Shown: positions 13,701 through 25,232 of the stretch, piece after piece
Numbering within the stretch: the first letter of the stretch is position 1
Layout of the letters: the number at the start of each line of letters is the position of its first letter
Source of the DNA: Centroscyllium fabricii
Taxonomy: Eukaryota
Assembly: GCA_051313645.2 (NCBI GenBank)
Contig: JBNRSN020000007.1
Span: 105,400,001-105,464,000 of the forward strand
Reading direction: 5' to 3'
DNA length: 64,000 nucleotides
Notes under the pieces: model-generated
The model's database searches: none
The model's input: the letters and a program-made list of their open reading frames with translations, nothing else
What the model was told of the DNA's origin: nothing
Translations under genes and position numbers: made by a program

Positions 13701-16700
13701 GAGCCAGGCACCGATCCCTGACCCAGGCACTGATCCCTGACCGAGGCACCAATCCGCGACCCAGGCACAGATCCCCGATCGAGGCACCGACACTTGACCC
13801 AGGCACCGATCCACGACCCAGGCACCGATCCCTGACCCAGGCACCGTTCCCCGATCCAGGCACCAATTACCGGCCCAGGCACCAATCTACGACCCAGGCA
13901 CCGATCCCCAACCCATGGACCAATCCCCAACCGAGGCGCCGATCCTCAACCCCGGCGCCGATCCTCAACCCAGGCACCGATCCGCGACCCAGGCACCGAT
14001 CGCCAACCCGGGCACCGATCCCTGACTCAGGAACCAATCCTCGACCCGGGCACCGATGCACAACCCAGGCACCGAACCATGACCCAGGAACCGATCCTGG
14101 ACGCAGGCACCGATCCGTGACCCAGGCACCGATCGCCAACCCGGGCACCGATCCCTGACCCAGGAACCGATCCCCGACCTGGGCACCGATCCTCGACTCA
14201 GGCACGAATACCTGACACGGGCACCAATCGCCGACCTGGGCGCCAAACCCCGACCCAGCAACCGATCCCCGACCAAGGCACCGACCCTCGACCCAGGCAC
14301 CGATCCCCCACCCAGGCACCGATCCCCCACCCGGGCACCGATCCGCAACCCGGGCACCGATCCCCGACCCGGGCACCGAACCCCGACCCACCAATGATCC
14401 TCGACCCAGGCACCAATCCCCGACCCAGGCACAGATCCCGACCCAGGCACCGATCACTGATCGAGGCACCGATCCTAGACCCAGGCACCGATCCCTGACC
14501 CAGGCACTGATCCCTGACCCAGGCACCGATCCCTGACCCAGGCTCCGATCCCTGACCCAGGCACTGATCACTGACCCAGGCACCGATCCCTGACCCAGGC
14601 ACCAATCCCTGACCCAGGCACCGATCCCGGACCCGGGCACCGATCCACAACCCAGGCACCGAACCATGACCCAGGAACCGATCCTGGACCCAGGAACCGA
14701 TCCCCAACCCAGGCACCGATCCCCGACCCAGGCACCGATTGCCCACCCGGGCACCGATCCCTGACCCAGGCACCGATCCCCAACCCGGGACCAATCCCTG
14801 ACCCCGGCAGCGATCCCCGACCGAGGCACCGCTCCCCGACCCGGGCATCGATCCCCGATGCAGGCACCGATCCCCAACCCAGGCACCGATCCACAACTCT
14901 TGCCAATCCCCGATCAAGGCATCGGTCCCCGACCTAGACACCGATCCCCGACCCGGGCACCGATTCCTGACCCGGACACTGATCCCCGACCCAGGCACCG
15001 ATCCCCGACCCACGCACCAACCCTCGACCCAGGCAGCGATCCTCGACCCAGGCACCGAACCCCGACCCAGGCACCGATCCCCCACCCGGGCACCGATCCG
15101 CAACCCGGGCACCGATCCCCGACCCGGGCACCGAACCCCGACACAGCAATGAACCTCGACCCAGGCACCAATCCCCGACCCAGGCACAGATCCCGACCCA
15201 GGCACCGATCCCTGACCCAGGCACTGACCTCTGACCCAGGCACCGATCCCTGACCCAGGCTCCGATCCCTGACCCAGGCACCGATCCCGGAACCGGGCAC
15301 CGATCCACAACCCAGGCACCGAACCATGACCCAGGAACCGATCCTGGACCCAGGCACCAATCCACGACTCAGGCACCGATTGCCAACCTGGGCACCGATC
15401 CCTGACCCAGGAACCGATCCCCGACCCAGCAACCGATCCCCAACCCAGGCACCGATCCTCGACCCAGGTACCGATCCCCGACCCAGGCACAGATCCCCCA
15501 CCCGGGCACCGATCCGCAACACGGGCACCGATCCCCGACCCGGGCACCGAACCCCGATCGAGCAATGATCCTCGACCCAGGCACCAATCGCCGACCCAGG
15601 CACCGATCCCCGACCCAGGCACCAATCCCCAACCCAGGCACCGATCCCCAACCCAGGCACCGATCGCCCACCCGGGCACCGATCCCTGACCCAGGCACCG
15701 ATCCCCGACCCGGGACCAATCCCTTACCCCGGCAGCGATCCCCGACCGAGGCACCGCTCCCCGACCCGGGCATCGATCCCCGATGCAGGCACCGATCCCC
15801 AACCCAGGCACCGATCCACAACTCTTGCCAATCCCCGATCAAGGCATCGGTCGCCGACCAAGGCACCGATCCCTGACCCAGGCACTGACCCCTAACCCAG
15901 GCACCGATCCCTGACCCAGGCTCCGATCCCTGACCCAGGCACCAATCCCTGACCCAGGCACCGATCCCGGACCCGGGCACCGATCCACAACCCAGGCACC
16001 GAACCATGACCCAGGAACCGATCCTGGACCCAGGCACCAATCCACGACTCAGGCACCGATTGCCAACCTGGGCACCGATCCCTGACCCAGGAACCGATCC
16101 CCGACCTGGGCACCGATCCCCGACCCAGGCACCGATCCCCGACCCAGGCACCGATCCCCAACCCAGGCACCGATCCCTGACCCAGGCACCGATCCCCGAC
16201 CGAGGCACCACTCCCCGACCCGGGCATCGATCCCCGATGCAGGCAATGATCCCCAACCCAGGCACCGATCCACAACTCTTGCCAATCCCCGATCAAGGCA
16301 TCGGTCCCCGACCTAGACACCGATCCCCGACCCGGGCACCGATTCCTGACCCGGACACTGATCCCCGACCCAGGCACCGATCCCCGACCCACGCACCGAC
16401 ACTCGACCCAGGCAGCGATCCTCGACCCAGGCACCGAACTCCGACCCAGGCACCGATTCCCCACCCGGGCACCGATCCGCAACCCGGGCACCGATCCCCG
16501 ACCCGGGCACCGAACCCCGACCCAGCAATGAACCTCGACCCAGGCACCGATCCCCGACCCAGTCACAGATCCCGACCCAGGCACCGATCCCTGATCCAGG
16601 CACCGATCGCCGACCCAGGCACCGATCCCTGACCCAGGCACTGACCCCTGACCCAGGCACCGATCCCTGACCCGGGCTCCGATCCGCGACATGGGCACCG

Positions 16701-19700
16701 ATCCCCGACCCGGGCACCGAACCCCGATCGAGCAATGATCCTCGACCCAGGCACCAATCTCCGACCCAGGCACAGATCCCGACCCAGGCACTGATCCCTG
16801 ATCCAGGCACCAATCCCCGACCCAAGCACCGATCCCTGACCAAGGCACTGATCCCTGACCCGGGCACCGATCCCCGACCGAGGCACCGATCCGCGACCCA
16901 GGCACTGATCACGGACCCAGGCACCGAACACCGACCCAGCAACTGATCCTCGACCCAGCAACTGATCCTCGACCCAGGCACCGATCCCCGACCCAGGCAC
17001 AGATCCCCGACCCAGGCACCGATCCCTGACCCAGGCACCAATCCCCGACCCAGGCACCGATCCCCGACCGAGGCACCGATCCGCAACCCAGGCACTGATC
17101 ACGGACCCAGGCACCGAACACCGACCCAGCAACCGATCCCCGACCGAGCCAGCGACCCTTGACCCAGGCACCGATCCATGACCCAGCACCGATCCCTGAC
17201 CCAGGCACCGTTCCCTGATCCAGGCACCGATTACCGACCCAGGCACCAATCCATGACCCAGGCACTGATCCCCAACCTAGGGAACAATCCCCGACCGAGT
17301 GCCCGATCCCCGACCCAGTCATCGATGAATGGCCCAGGCACCGATGAACAACCCAGGCACGGATCACCGACCCTGGCAGTGATCCCCAACCCAGGCACCG
17401 ATGCACGACCCAGGCACCAATCACCGACCCAGGCACCGATCCATGACTCATGCCGATCCCCGACCCAGGTGCTGATCCCCGACCCAGGCACCGTTCCCCG
17501 ACCCAGGCACCGATCCCCGACCCAGGCACCGATCCCCAACCCAGGCACCGATCCCCGACCCAGGCACCGATCCCCGACCCGGGACCAATCCCTGAATCCG
17601 GCACCGATCCCCGACCGAGGCACCGCTCCCCGACCCGGGCATCGATCCCCGATGCAGGCACCGATCCCCAACCCAGGCACCAATCCACAACTCTTGCCAA
17701 TCCCCGATCAAGGCATCGGTCCCCGACCTAGACACCGATCCCCGACCCGGGCACCGATTCCTGACCCGGGCACTGATCCCCGACCCAGGCACCGATTCCC
17801 GACCCACGCACCGACCCTCGACCCAGGCACCGATCCTCGACCCAGTCACCGATCCCCGACCTGGGCACCGATCCTCCACCAAGGCACCAATCCCCGAGCC
17901 AGGCACCGATCCCTGACCCAGGCACTGATCTCTGACCGAGGCACCGATCCGCGATCCAGGCACAGATCCCCGATCGAGGCACCGACAGTTGACCCAGGCA
18001 CCGATCCACGACCCAGGCACCGATCCCTGGCCCAGGCACCGTTCCCCGATCCAGGCACCAATTACCGGCCCAGGCACCAATCCATGACCCAGGCACCGTT
18101 CCCCAACCCATGGACCAATCCCCGACCGAGGCGCCAATCCTCAACCCCGGCGCCGTTCCTCAACCCAGGCACCGATCCGTGACCCAGGCACCGATCCCTG
18201 ACTCAGGAACCAATCCTCGACCCGGGCACCGATCCACAACCCAGGCACCGAACCATGACCCAGGAACCGATCCTGGACGCAGGCACCGATCCGCGACCCA
18301 GGCACCGATCGCCAACCCGGGCACCGATCCCTGACCCAGGAACCGATCCCCGACCTGGGCACTGATCCCCGACTCAGGCACGAATACCTGACACGGGCAC
18401 CAATCGCCGACCTGGGCACCAAACCCCGACCCAGCAACCGATCCCCGACCCAGGCACCGACCCTCGACCCAGGCACCGATCCCCCACCCAGGCATCGATC
18501 CCCCACCCGGGCACCGATCCGCAACCCGGGCACCGATCCCCGACCCGGGCACCGAACCCCGACCCAGCAATGATCCTCGACCCAGGCACCAATCCCCGAC
18601 CCAGGCACAGATCCCGACCCAGGCACCGATCCCTGATCCAGGCACCGATCCACAACTCTTGCCAATCCCCGATCAAGGCATCGGTCCCCGACCTAGACAC
18701 CGATCCCCGACCCGGGCACCGATTCCTGACCCGGGCACTGATCCCCGACCCAGGCACCGATTCCCGACCCACGCACCGACCCTCGACCCAGGCACCGATC
18801 CTCGACCCAGTCACCGATCCCCGACCTGGGCACCGATCCTCCACCAAGGCACCAATCCCCGAGCCAGGCACCGATCCCTGACCCAGGCACTGATCTCTGA
18901 CCGAGGCACCGATCCGCGATCCAGGCACAGATCCCCGATCGAGGCACCGACACTTGACCCAGGCACCGATCCACGACCCAGGCACCGATCCCTGGCCCAG
19001 GCACCGTTCCCCGATCCAGGCACCAATTACCGGCCCAGGCACCAATCAATGACCCAGGCACCGTTCCCCAACCCATGGACCAATCACCGACCGAGGCGCC
19101 AATCCTCAACCCCGGCGCCGATCCTCAACCCAGGCACCGATCCGTGACCCAGGCACCGATCGCCAACCCGGGCACCGATCCCTGACTCAGGAACCAATCC
19201 TCGACCCGGGCACCGATCCACAACCCAGGCACCGAACCATGACCCAGGAACCGATCCTGGACGCAGGCACCGATCCGCGACCCAGGCACCGATCGCCAAC
19301 CCGGGCACCGATCCCTGACCCAGGAACCGATCCCCGACCTGGGCACTGATCCCCGACTCAGGCACGAATACCTGACACGGGCACCAATCGCCGACCTGGG
19401 CACCAAACCCCGACCCAGCAACCGATCCCCGACCCAGGCACCGACCCTCGACCCAGGCACCGATCCCCCACCCAGGCACCGATCCCCCACCCGGGCACCG
19501 ATCCGCAACCCGGGCACCGATCCCCGACCCGGGCACCGAACCCCGACCCAGCAATGATCCTCGACCCAGGCACCAATCCCCGACCCAGGCACAGATCCCG
19601 ACCCAGGCACCGATCCCTGATCCAGGCACCGATCCCCGACCCAGGCACCGATCCCTGACCCAGGCACTGATCCCTGACCCAGGCACCGATTACTGACCCA

Positions 19701-20542
19701 GGCTCCGATCCCTGACCCAGGCACCAATCCCTGACCCAGGCACCGATCCCGGACCCGGGCACCGATCCACAACCCAGGCACCGAATCATGACCCAGGAAC
19801 CGATCCTGGACCCAGGCACCGATCCACGACTCAGGCACCGATCGCCAACCTGGGCACCGATCCCTGACCCAGGAACCAATCCCCGACCTGGGCACCGATC
19901 CCCGACCCAGGCACGAATACCTGACACGGGCACCAATCCCCGACTTGGGCACTGAACCCCGACCCAGCAACCGATCCCCAACCCAGGCACCGATCCTCGA
20001 CCCAGGCACCGATCCCCGACCCGGGCACAGATCCCCCACCTGGGCACCGATCCGCGACACAGGCACCGATCCCCGACCCGGGCACCGAACCCCGATCGAG
20101 CAATGATCCTCGACCCAGGCACCAATCGCCGACCAGGCACAGATCCCGACCCAGGCACTGATCCCTGATCCAGGCACCGATCCCCGACCCAAGCACCGAT
20201 CCCTGACCCAGGCACTGATCCCTGACCCAGGCACCGATCCCCGACCCAGGCACCGTTCCCCGACCGAGGCACCGATCCGCGACCCAGGCACTGATCACGG
20301 ACCCAGGCACCGAACACCGACCCAGCAACTGATCCTCGACCCAGCAACTGATCCTCGACCCAGGCACCGATCCCCAACCCAGGCACAGATCCCCGACCCA
20401 GGCACCAATCCCTGACCCAGGCACCAATCCCCGACCCAGGCACCGATCCCCGACCGAGGCACCGATCCGCGACCCAGGCACTGATCACGGACCCAGGCAC
20501 CGAACACCGACCCAGCAACTGATCCCCGAACCAGCAACTGAT
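4735..20542. repeat. 19-bp satellite array, consensus CCCCGACCCAGGCACCGAT (left arm)
   Basis: Hundreds of tandem 19-bp units; most variants are CpG transitions. Translates to a 19-aa periodic peptide (PIPDPGTDPRPRHRSPTQA) in every frame. Confidence 0.98.
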
Positions 20543-20948
20543 TGTAACCGTCAATAACGTCTTCGGAGTCGAATAGTTGGTTATAATAATCAGGCTTTTA
20601 TTAACTACGTTAGTAATACTCAACAGAGCTGACTGTCCCCAGAATGGCATGGGGGATGGGGGCAGTCGCTTATATACCTCCTCCAGCGGGGGAGGAGTCA
20701 TGGGCGGCGCCAGGTATGTCCCTGGGATCCCATACAGGTATTACAAGGTATTACAGGTATTACAAGGTATTACAAGGTATTACAAGGTGGTTCGTTATAT
20801 ACAGTGATATATGGTTTATCACATTCACCCCTTCTTTAAAACAAAAGTACAGCGGGGTGAACAAAACACAGAGGTACAATGGGGTGAGAAAAAACTAATA
20901 ATTACAAGGTGCTCATTAACACAATATATACAATCAGAGTTCTTATGA

Positions 20949-23900
20949 CTATAAATTCAGTCTTTCAGGCGGTTTCGTTATCCGCGCTGATCTTCGCACC
21001 GCTGGTGGTGCCTGTGGTGTTCGTTGTCGTGGAGTGGCTGGTTGTGTCGGTTGTTCCCTTGCTGCCGGTCGACTTGTGGTGGTTATGTCACTTCTGGGTG
21101 GCGGTGATGCCCTTATTCCGACAGCAGGGGGCGCGTTTTCTCCTTCGTCCTCTGGCTCTAGGGGGCGCGCGTTGTGGATCCAGGCTTGGGGCCGGGTCGT
21201 GCTGCTCGCAGGTGCCTTGTGGACATACTGGGGTACTGGGCCCACGTGTCGGGGCGTGTACTTCGGCCTCGGTGGCTCGGGGGGCGTCACAGGACGTTTT
21301 GGGAGCTCGGGCTGCCTGGCGGGGCTGGTTTTGGGGACTCCTGCTGGGGCTAGGTCCTTTATGGACACGGTGTCCTCCCTCCCGTCGGGGTACTCTATGT
21401 AAGCGTACTGGGGATTGGCGTGCAGGAGGTGGACCCGTTCGACTAGGGGATCTGCCTTGTGTCCTCTCACATGCTTCCGCAGCAGGACCGGTCCCGGAGA
21501 TAGCAGCCATGATGGTAGCGAGGTCCCAGAAGCTGACTTCCTGGGGAAGGCAAAAAGTCTTTCGTGAGGGGTGGCATTAGTGGCAGTACACAGTAGGGAC
21601 CGGATAGAGTGGAGTGCTTCAGGGAGAACGTCCTGCCATCGGGTGACTGGGAGGTCTTTGGACTTTAGGGCTAACTGGATGGCTTTCCAGACCGTGGCGT
21701 TCTCTCTCTCTACCTGCCCGTTCCCCCGGGGGTTGTAGCTGGTAGTCCTGCTAGTCGCGATGCCTTTTGCTAGCAGGAACTGACGCAGCTCGTCACTCAT
21801 AAAAGAGGCCCCCCGGTCACTATGGAAATAGTTCGGGTACCCGAACAGGGAGAAGATGCTACTGAGTGCTTTGATGACGGTGGCTGCGGTCATGTCCTGG
21901 CAGGGTATGGCGAAGGGGAAACGGGAGTACTCATCTATAACATTGAGGAAATAGACGTTCCTGTTGGCTGAGGGAAGGGGCCCTTTAAAATCGACGCTGA
22001 GTCGTTCAAAGGGGCGAGTGGCCTTAATTAAGTGCGCCCGGTCGGGCCGGTAGAAGTGCGGCTTGCACTCCGCGCAGACCTGGCAGTTGCTGGTCATGGT
22101 CTTGACTTCTTCGATGGAGTAGGGGAGGTTGCGGGACTTCACAAAGTGAACCAACCTGGTGACCCCCAGGTGGCAGAGGTCATTGTGAAGGGTTTGGAGA
22201 CGGTCAGCCTGTGCGCTGGCACAGGTACCGCGGGATAGGGCGTCTGGGGGTTCGTTAAATTTCCCGGGCCGGTACAAGATATCATAATTGAACGCCGATA
22301 GTTCAATTCTCCACCTTAGTATTTTGTCGTTCTTGATCTTACCCCGCTCTTTGTTGTTGAACATAAAAGCGACTGAGCGTTGGTCAGTCAACAGGGTAAA
22401 ACGTTTGCCGGCCAGGTAGTGCTTCCAATGCCGCACTGCTTCAACAATGGCTTGGGCCTCCTTTTCAATTGAGGAATGGCGGGTTTCTGGGCCTTGGAGG
22501 GTACGTGAAAAGAAGGCCACGGGTCTGCCTGCCTGGTTAAGGGTGGCGGCCAGGGCAAAGTCAGATGCATCACTTTCCACTTGGAATGGGACGGACTCAT
22601 CCACAGCGTGCATCGTGGCTTTGGCTATGTCCTTTTTAATTCTGCAGAATGCCGAGTTGGCTTCTGCAGAAAGTGGGAAAGAGGTTGATTTTAATAGTGG
22701 GCGAGCTTTGTCCGCGTAATTGGGGACCCACTGGGCATAATAGGCAAAGAATCCCAAAATCCGTTTAAGAGATTTGGGGGAGTGGGGGAGGGGAAGCTCC
22801 ATGAGGGGGCGCATGCGGTCCGGGTCTGGACCGATGACTCCATTCTCCACCACGTTGCCGAGGATGGCAAGGCGGGTGGTGCTAAACACACATTTCTCCT
22901 TATTATACGTTAAATTCAGGGTTTTGGCCGTGTGGAGAAATTTTTGGAGATTGGTGTTATGGTCCTGCTGGTCATGGCCGCAGATGGTCACATTATCAAG
23001 GTACGGGAAGGTTGCTCGCAGCCTGTACCGATCGACCATTCGGTCCATCTCCCTTTGGAAGACCGAGACCCCGTTCGTGACTCCAAACGGCACCCTAAGG
23101 AAGTGGTAGAGGCGGCCGTCAGCCTCAAAGGCAGTATAAAGACGGTCCTGTGAGCGGATGGGGAGCTGGTGATAAGCAGATTTTAGGTCAATGGTTGAGA
23201 ACACTTTAAACTGGGCGATTTGGTTCACCATGTCCGCTATCCGGGGAAGGGGGTAGGCATCTAATTGGGTGAACCGGTTTATGGTCTGGCTGTAATCCAC
23301 TACCATCCTATTCTTCTCCCCGGTTTTCACCACGACTACCTGTGCTCTCCAAGGGCTATTACTGGCCTCTATGACCCCTTCTTTTAGGAGGCGCTGCACC
23401 TCAGGTTTTATAAATGCCATGTCCCCAGCACTGTAGCGCCTACTCTTGGTGGCGACGGGCTTACAGTCTGGGGTGAGGTTGGCAAAGAGGGATGGAGGGG
23501 CAACCTTAAGGGTTGAGAGACCACAGGTAGTGTACTGGGGGTGCCGCTTTGAGCCGCGGTTTGTGACCGTGAGAGGGGGAAGGGGTCCACCGAATGCCAT
23601 CGTAACGCTCCGAAGATGGCACTGGAAATCCAGTCCCAGGAGTAGGGGGGCGCAGAGCTGCGGCAGCACGTAAAAACTAAAATCATTAAACATTGCGCCC
23701 TGTACTTTAAGAGTTACAATACAGCGCCCGGTGACGTCAGCGGATTCTGACTTGGACGCCATAGATATTCTCTGGCGCGCAGGGATTACTTTAAGGGAGA
23801 GGCGCTTAACAGTATTCTGGTGAACAAAACTTACTGTGCTCCCACTGTCGAACAGGCACACCACCTCTTCACCGTTAACTTCCACCGGCATCATTGACCT

Positions 23901-24932
23901 CTCCAGTGGCTGGATTTTCCTCTGGTCTAGGCTCATGGATGCTAGTACCAGGTCCTCCACAAAGTCTTGATCCGGAGAGTAGTTATCTTGGTCCGGAGAG
24001 TAGTTATTTTGATCCGGAGAGTAGTCCTCCAGATCAGCTTCCTGAGATGGCTGCCGCCATGTGCTGTGCTGTTGAGTCCAAGATGGCCGCTGTTGCTGCC
24101 TCGAGTGCTGCCGAGTGGGGGATGGGTGAGCCCGATATTGCTGCTCCCCTGTTCCACATGCAGCGCTGCCCAGTCTTGATTTAGCGTTTGGGCCTTTGCA
24201 GACCTTCGCATAGTGTCCCTTTTTGTCGCACTTGGAGCAGATCGCTTCTTTTGCGGGGCAGCTGCGTCTTGGATGCTGTGGTTGTCCACAGAAGTAACAT
24301 TTAGCTTTAGCGTGGGCCGCTGTGAGAAGTTCCTCTGGCGGTCTTTGCGCCAGTACTGTCCAAGATTGCGGGGCTGGGCCCGTATAGTTACTAGAGTAGG
24401 ATGATAAATCCGTAGAGGCGCTATCTAGCGCGTGTCCCAAGTCTATAGTGGCCTGTAAGTCCTGGCCATTCTGCTCTAGCAGTCTTTGTCTAGCATAGTC
24501 CGATTTCAGGCCTGTTACATAGGCATCCCTGATGAGACTCTCCATATGCACCAGAGCCGTTTGCGCTCTGCAGTCACAATCCCGTGCCAGAATTCTGAGG
24601 GCTCTTAGGAACTGCACACTCGACTCGTTATTCTGTTGTTTTCGGGTGGCGAGTATATGTCTCGCGTGGACTCTGTTTGGTGCCCGATTGTATTCCGCCT
24701 CGAGGGTCCTGAGGGCTTCTTGGAATGATGGGGCGTCCACTATCATCGAATATACTTGCGGGCCCACCCGGGCGTGGAGGAGCCGTCGTTTTTGCTCCTC
24801 GGTCAGTATGACCGCTGCGTTGGCTCTAACGTATCCTTCAAGTACATTTCGCCAGTGTGAGAAAGCGTTTGATGCTCCAGGAGATCGGGGGTCAACTTCG
24901 AACACTGATGGTTTCAACATTGTAGTATCCAT
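20949..24932 (-). CDS. Gag-Pol polyprotein of A1 (1327 aa): Gag with twin CCHC knuckles, protease, RT, RNase H, integrase
   Basis: CYFCGQPQHPRRSC and CSKCDKKGHYAKVC; protease LFDSGS; RT IDLKSAYHQ..PFGVTNG..YLDN; RNase H ESDAS..EKE..TDQ..DALSR; integrase HHCC, SVDFKGP, HSDRG, NGQVERE. PR-RT-RH-IN order indicates Gypsy. Confidence 0.96.
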   Translation of the reverse strand: MDTTMLKPSVFEVDPRSPGASNAFSHWRNVLEGYVRANAAVILTEEQKRRLLHARVGPQVYSMIVDAPSFQEALRTLEAEYNRAPNRVHARHILATRKQQNNESSVQFLRALRILARDCDCRAQTALVHMESLIRDAYVTGLKSDYARQRLLEQNGQDLQATIDLGHALDSASTDLSSYSSNYTGPAPQSWTVLAQRPPEELLTAAHAKAKCYFCGQPQHPRRSCPAKEAICSKCDKKGHYAKVCKGPNAKSRLGSAACGTGEQQYRAHPSPTRQHSRQQQRPSWTQQHSTWRQPSQEADLEDYSPDQNNYSPDQDNYSPDQDFVEDLVLASMSLDQRKIQPLERSMMPVEVNGEEVVCLFDSGSTVSFVHQNTVKRLSLKVIPARQRISMASKSESADVTGRCIVTLKVQGAMFNDFSFYVLPQLCAPLLLGLDFQCHLRSVTMAFGGPLPPLTVTNRGSKRHPQYTTCGLSTLKVAPPSLFANLTPDCKPVATKSRRYSAGDMAFIKPEVQRLLKEGVIEASNSPWRAQVVVVKTGEKNRMVVDYSQTINRFTQLDAYPLPRIADMVNQIAQFKVFSTIDLKSAYHQLPIRSQDRLYTAFEADGRLYHFLRVPFGVTNGVSVFQREMDRMVDRYRLRATFPYLDNVTICGHDQQDHNTNLQKFLHTAKTLNLTYNKEKCVFSTTRLAILGNVVENGVIGPDPDRMRPLMELPLPHSPKSLKRILGFFAYYAQWVPNYADKARPLLKSTSFPLSAEANSAFCRIKKDIAKATMHAVDESVPFQVESDASDFALAATLNQAGRPVAFFSRTLQGPETRHSSIEKEAQAIVEAVRHWKHYLAGKRFTLLTDQRSVAFMFNNKERGKIKNDKILRWRIELSAFNYDILYRPGKFNEPPDALSRGTCASAQADRLQTLHNDLCHLGVTRLVHFVKSRNLPYSIEEVKTMTSNCQVCAECKPHFYRPDRAHLIKATRPFERLSVDFKGPLPSANRNVYFLNVIDEYSRFPFAIPCQDMTAATVIKALSSIFSLFGYPNYFHSDRGASFMSDELRQFLLAKGIATSRTTSYNPRGNGQVERENATVWKAIQLALKSKDLPVTRWQDVLPEALHSIRSLLCTATNATPHERLFAFPRKSASGTSLPSWLLSPGPVLLRKHVRGHKADPLVERVHLLHANPQYAYIEYPDGREDTVSIKDLAPAGVPKTSPARQPELPKRPVTPPEPPRPKYTPRHVGPVPQYVHKAPASSTTRPQAWIHNARPLEPEDEGENAPPAVGIRASPPPRSDITTTSRPAAREQPTQPATPRQRTPQAPPAVRRSARITKPPERLNL

Positions 24933-24937
24933 TTCCA

Positions 24938-24950
24938 GTAGTTAATAAAA
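24938..24950 (-). promoter_or_regulatory. non-tRNA PBS-position element of A1 (TTTTATTAACTAC), complementary to its own LTR at 25005-25017
   Basis: Starts 1 nt after the 5' LTR end, has no TGG, and is a perfect 13-bp inverted repeat of the LTR AATAAA segment. Confidence 0.8.
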
Positions 24951-25232
24951 TTGTAACCGTCAATAACGTCTTCGGAGTCGAATAGTTGGTTATAATAATC
25001 AGGCTTTTATTAACTACGTTAGTAATACTCAACAGAGCTGACTGTCCCCAGAATGTCATGGGGGATGGGGGCAGTCGCTTATATACCTCCTCCAGCGGGG
25101 GAGGAGTCATGGGCAGCGCCAGGTATGTCCCTGGGATCCCATACAGGTATTACAAGGTATTACAGGTATTACAAGGTATTACAAGGTATTACAAGGTGGT
25201 TCGTTATATACAGTGATATATGGTTTATCACA

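Larger units (their letters stand above)
20543..25232 (-). mobile_element. full-length young Ty3/Gypsy LTR retrotransposon A1 (Mag-like) inserted in the satellite
   Basis: 281-bp LTRs at 20543-20823 and 24952-25232 (TG...CA, 2 differences seen). TSD CTGAT at 20538-20542 and 25233-25237. PPT TTTTAAAGAAGGGGTGAA next to the 3' LTR. Intact single ORF. Confidence 0.97.

Noticed and set aside
20735-20788. (ACAAGGTATT)n repeat and the associated short ORFs
   Set aside because: A simple repeat within the A1 LTR U3, present in both LTRs; not an independent feature.
20909-21580. Antisense ORFs over integrase C-termini (also 36912-37520, 28487-29128, 58317-58958)
   Set aside because: GC-rich shadow frames of pol, with no recognisable domains; similarity between copies follows from pol homology.
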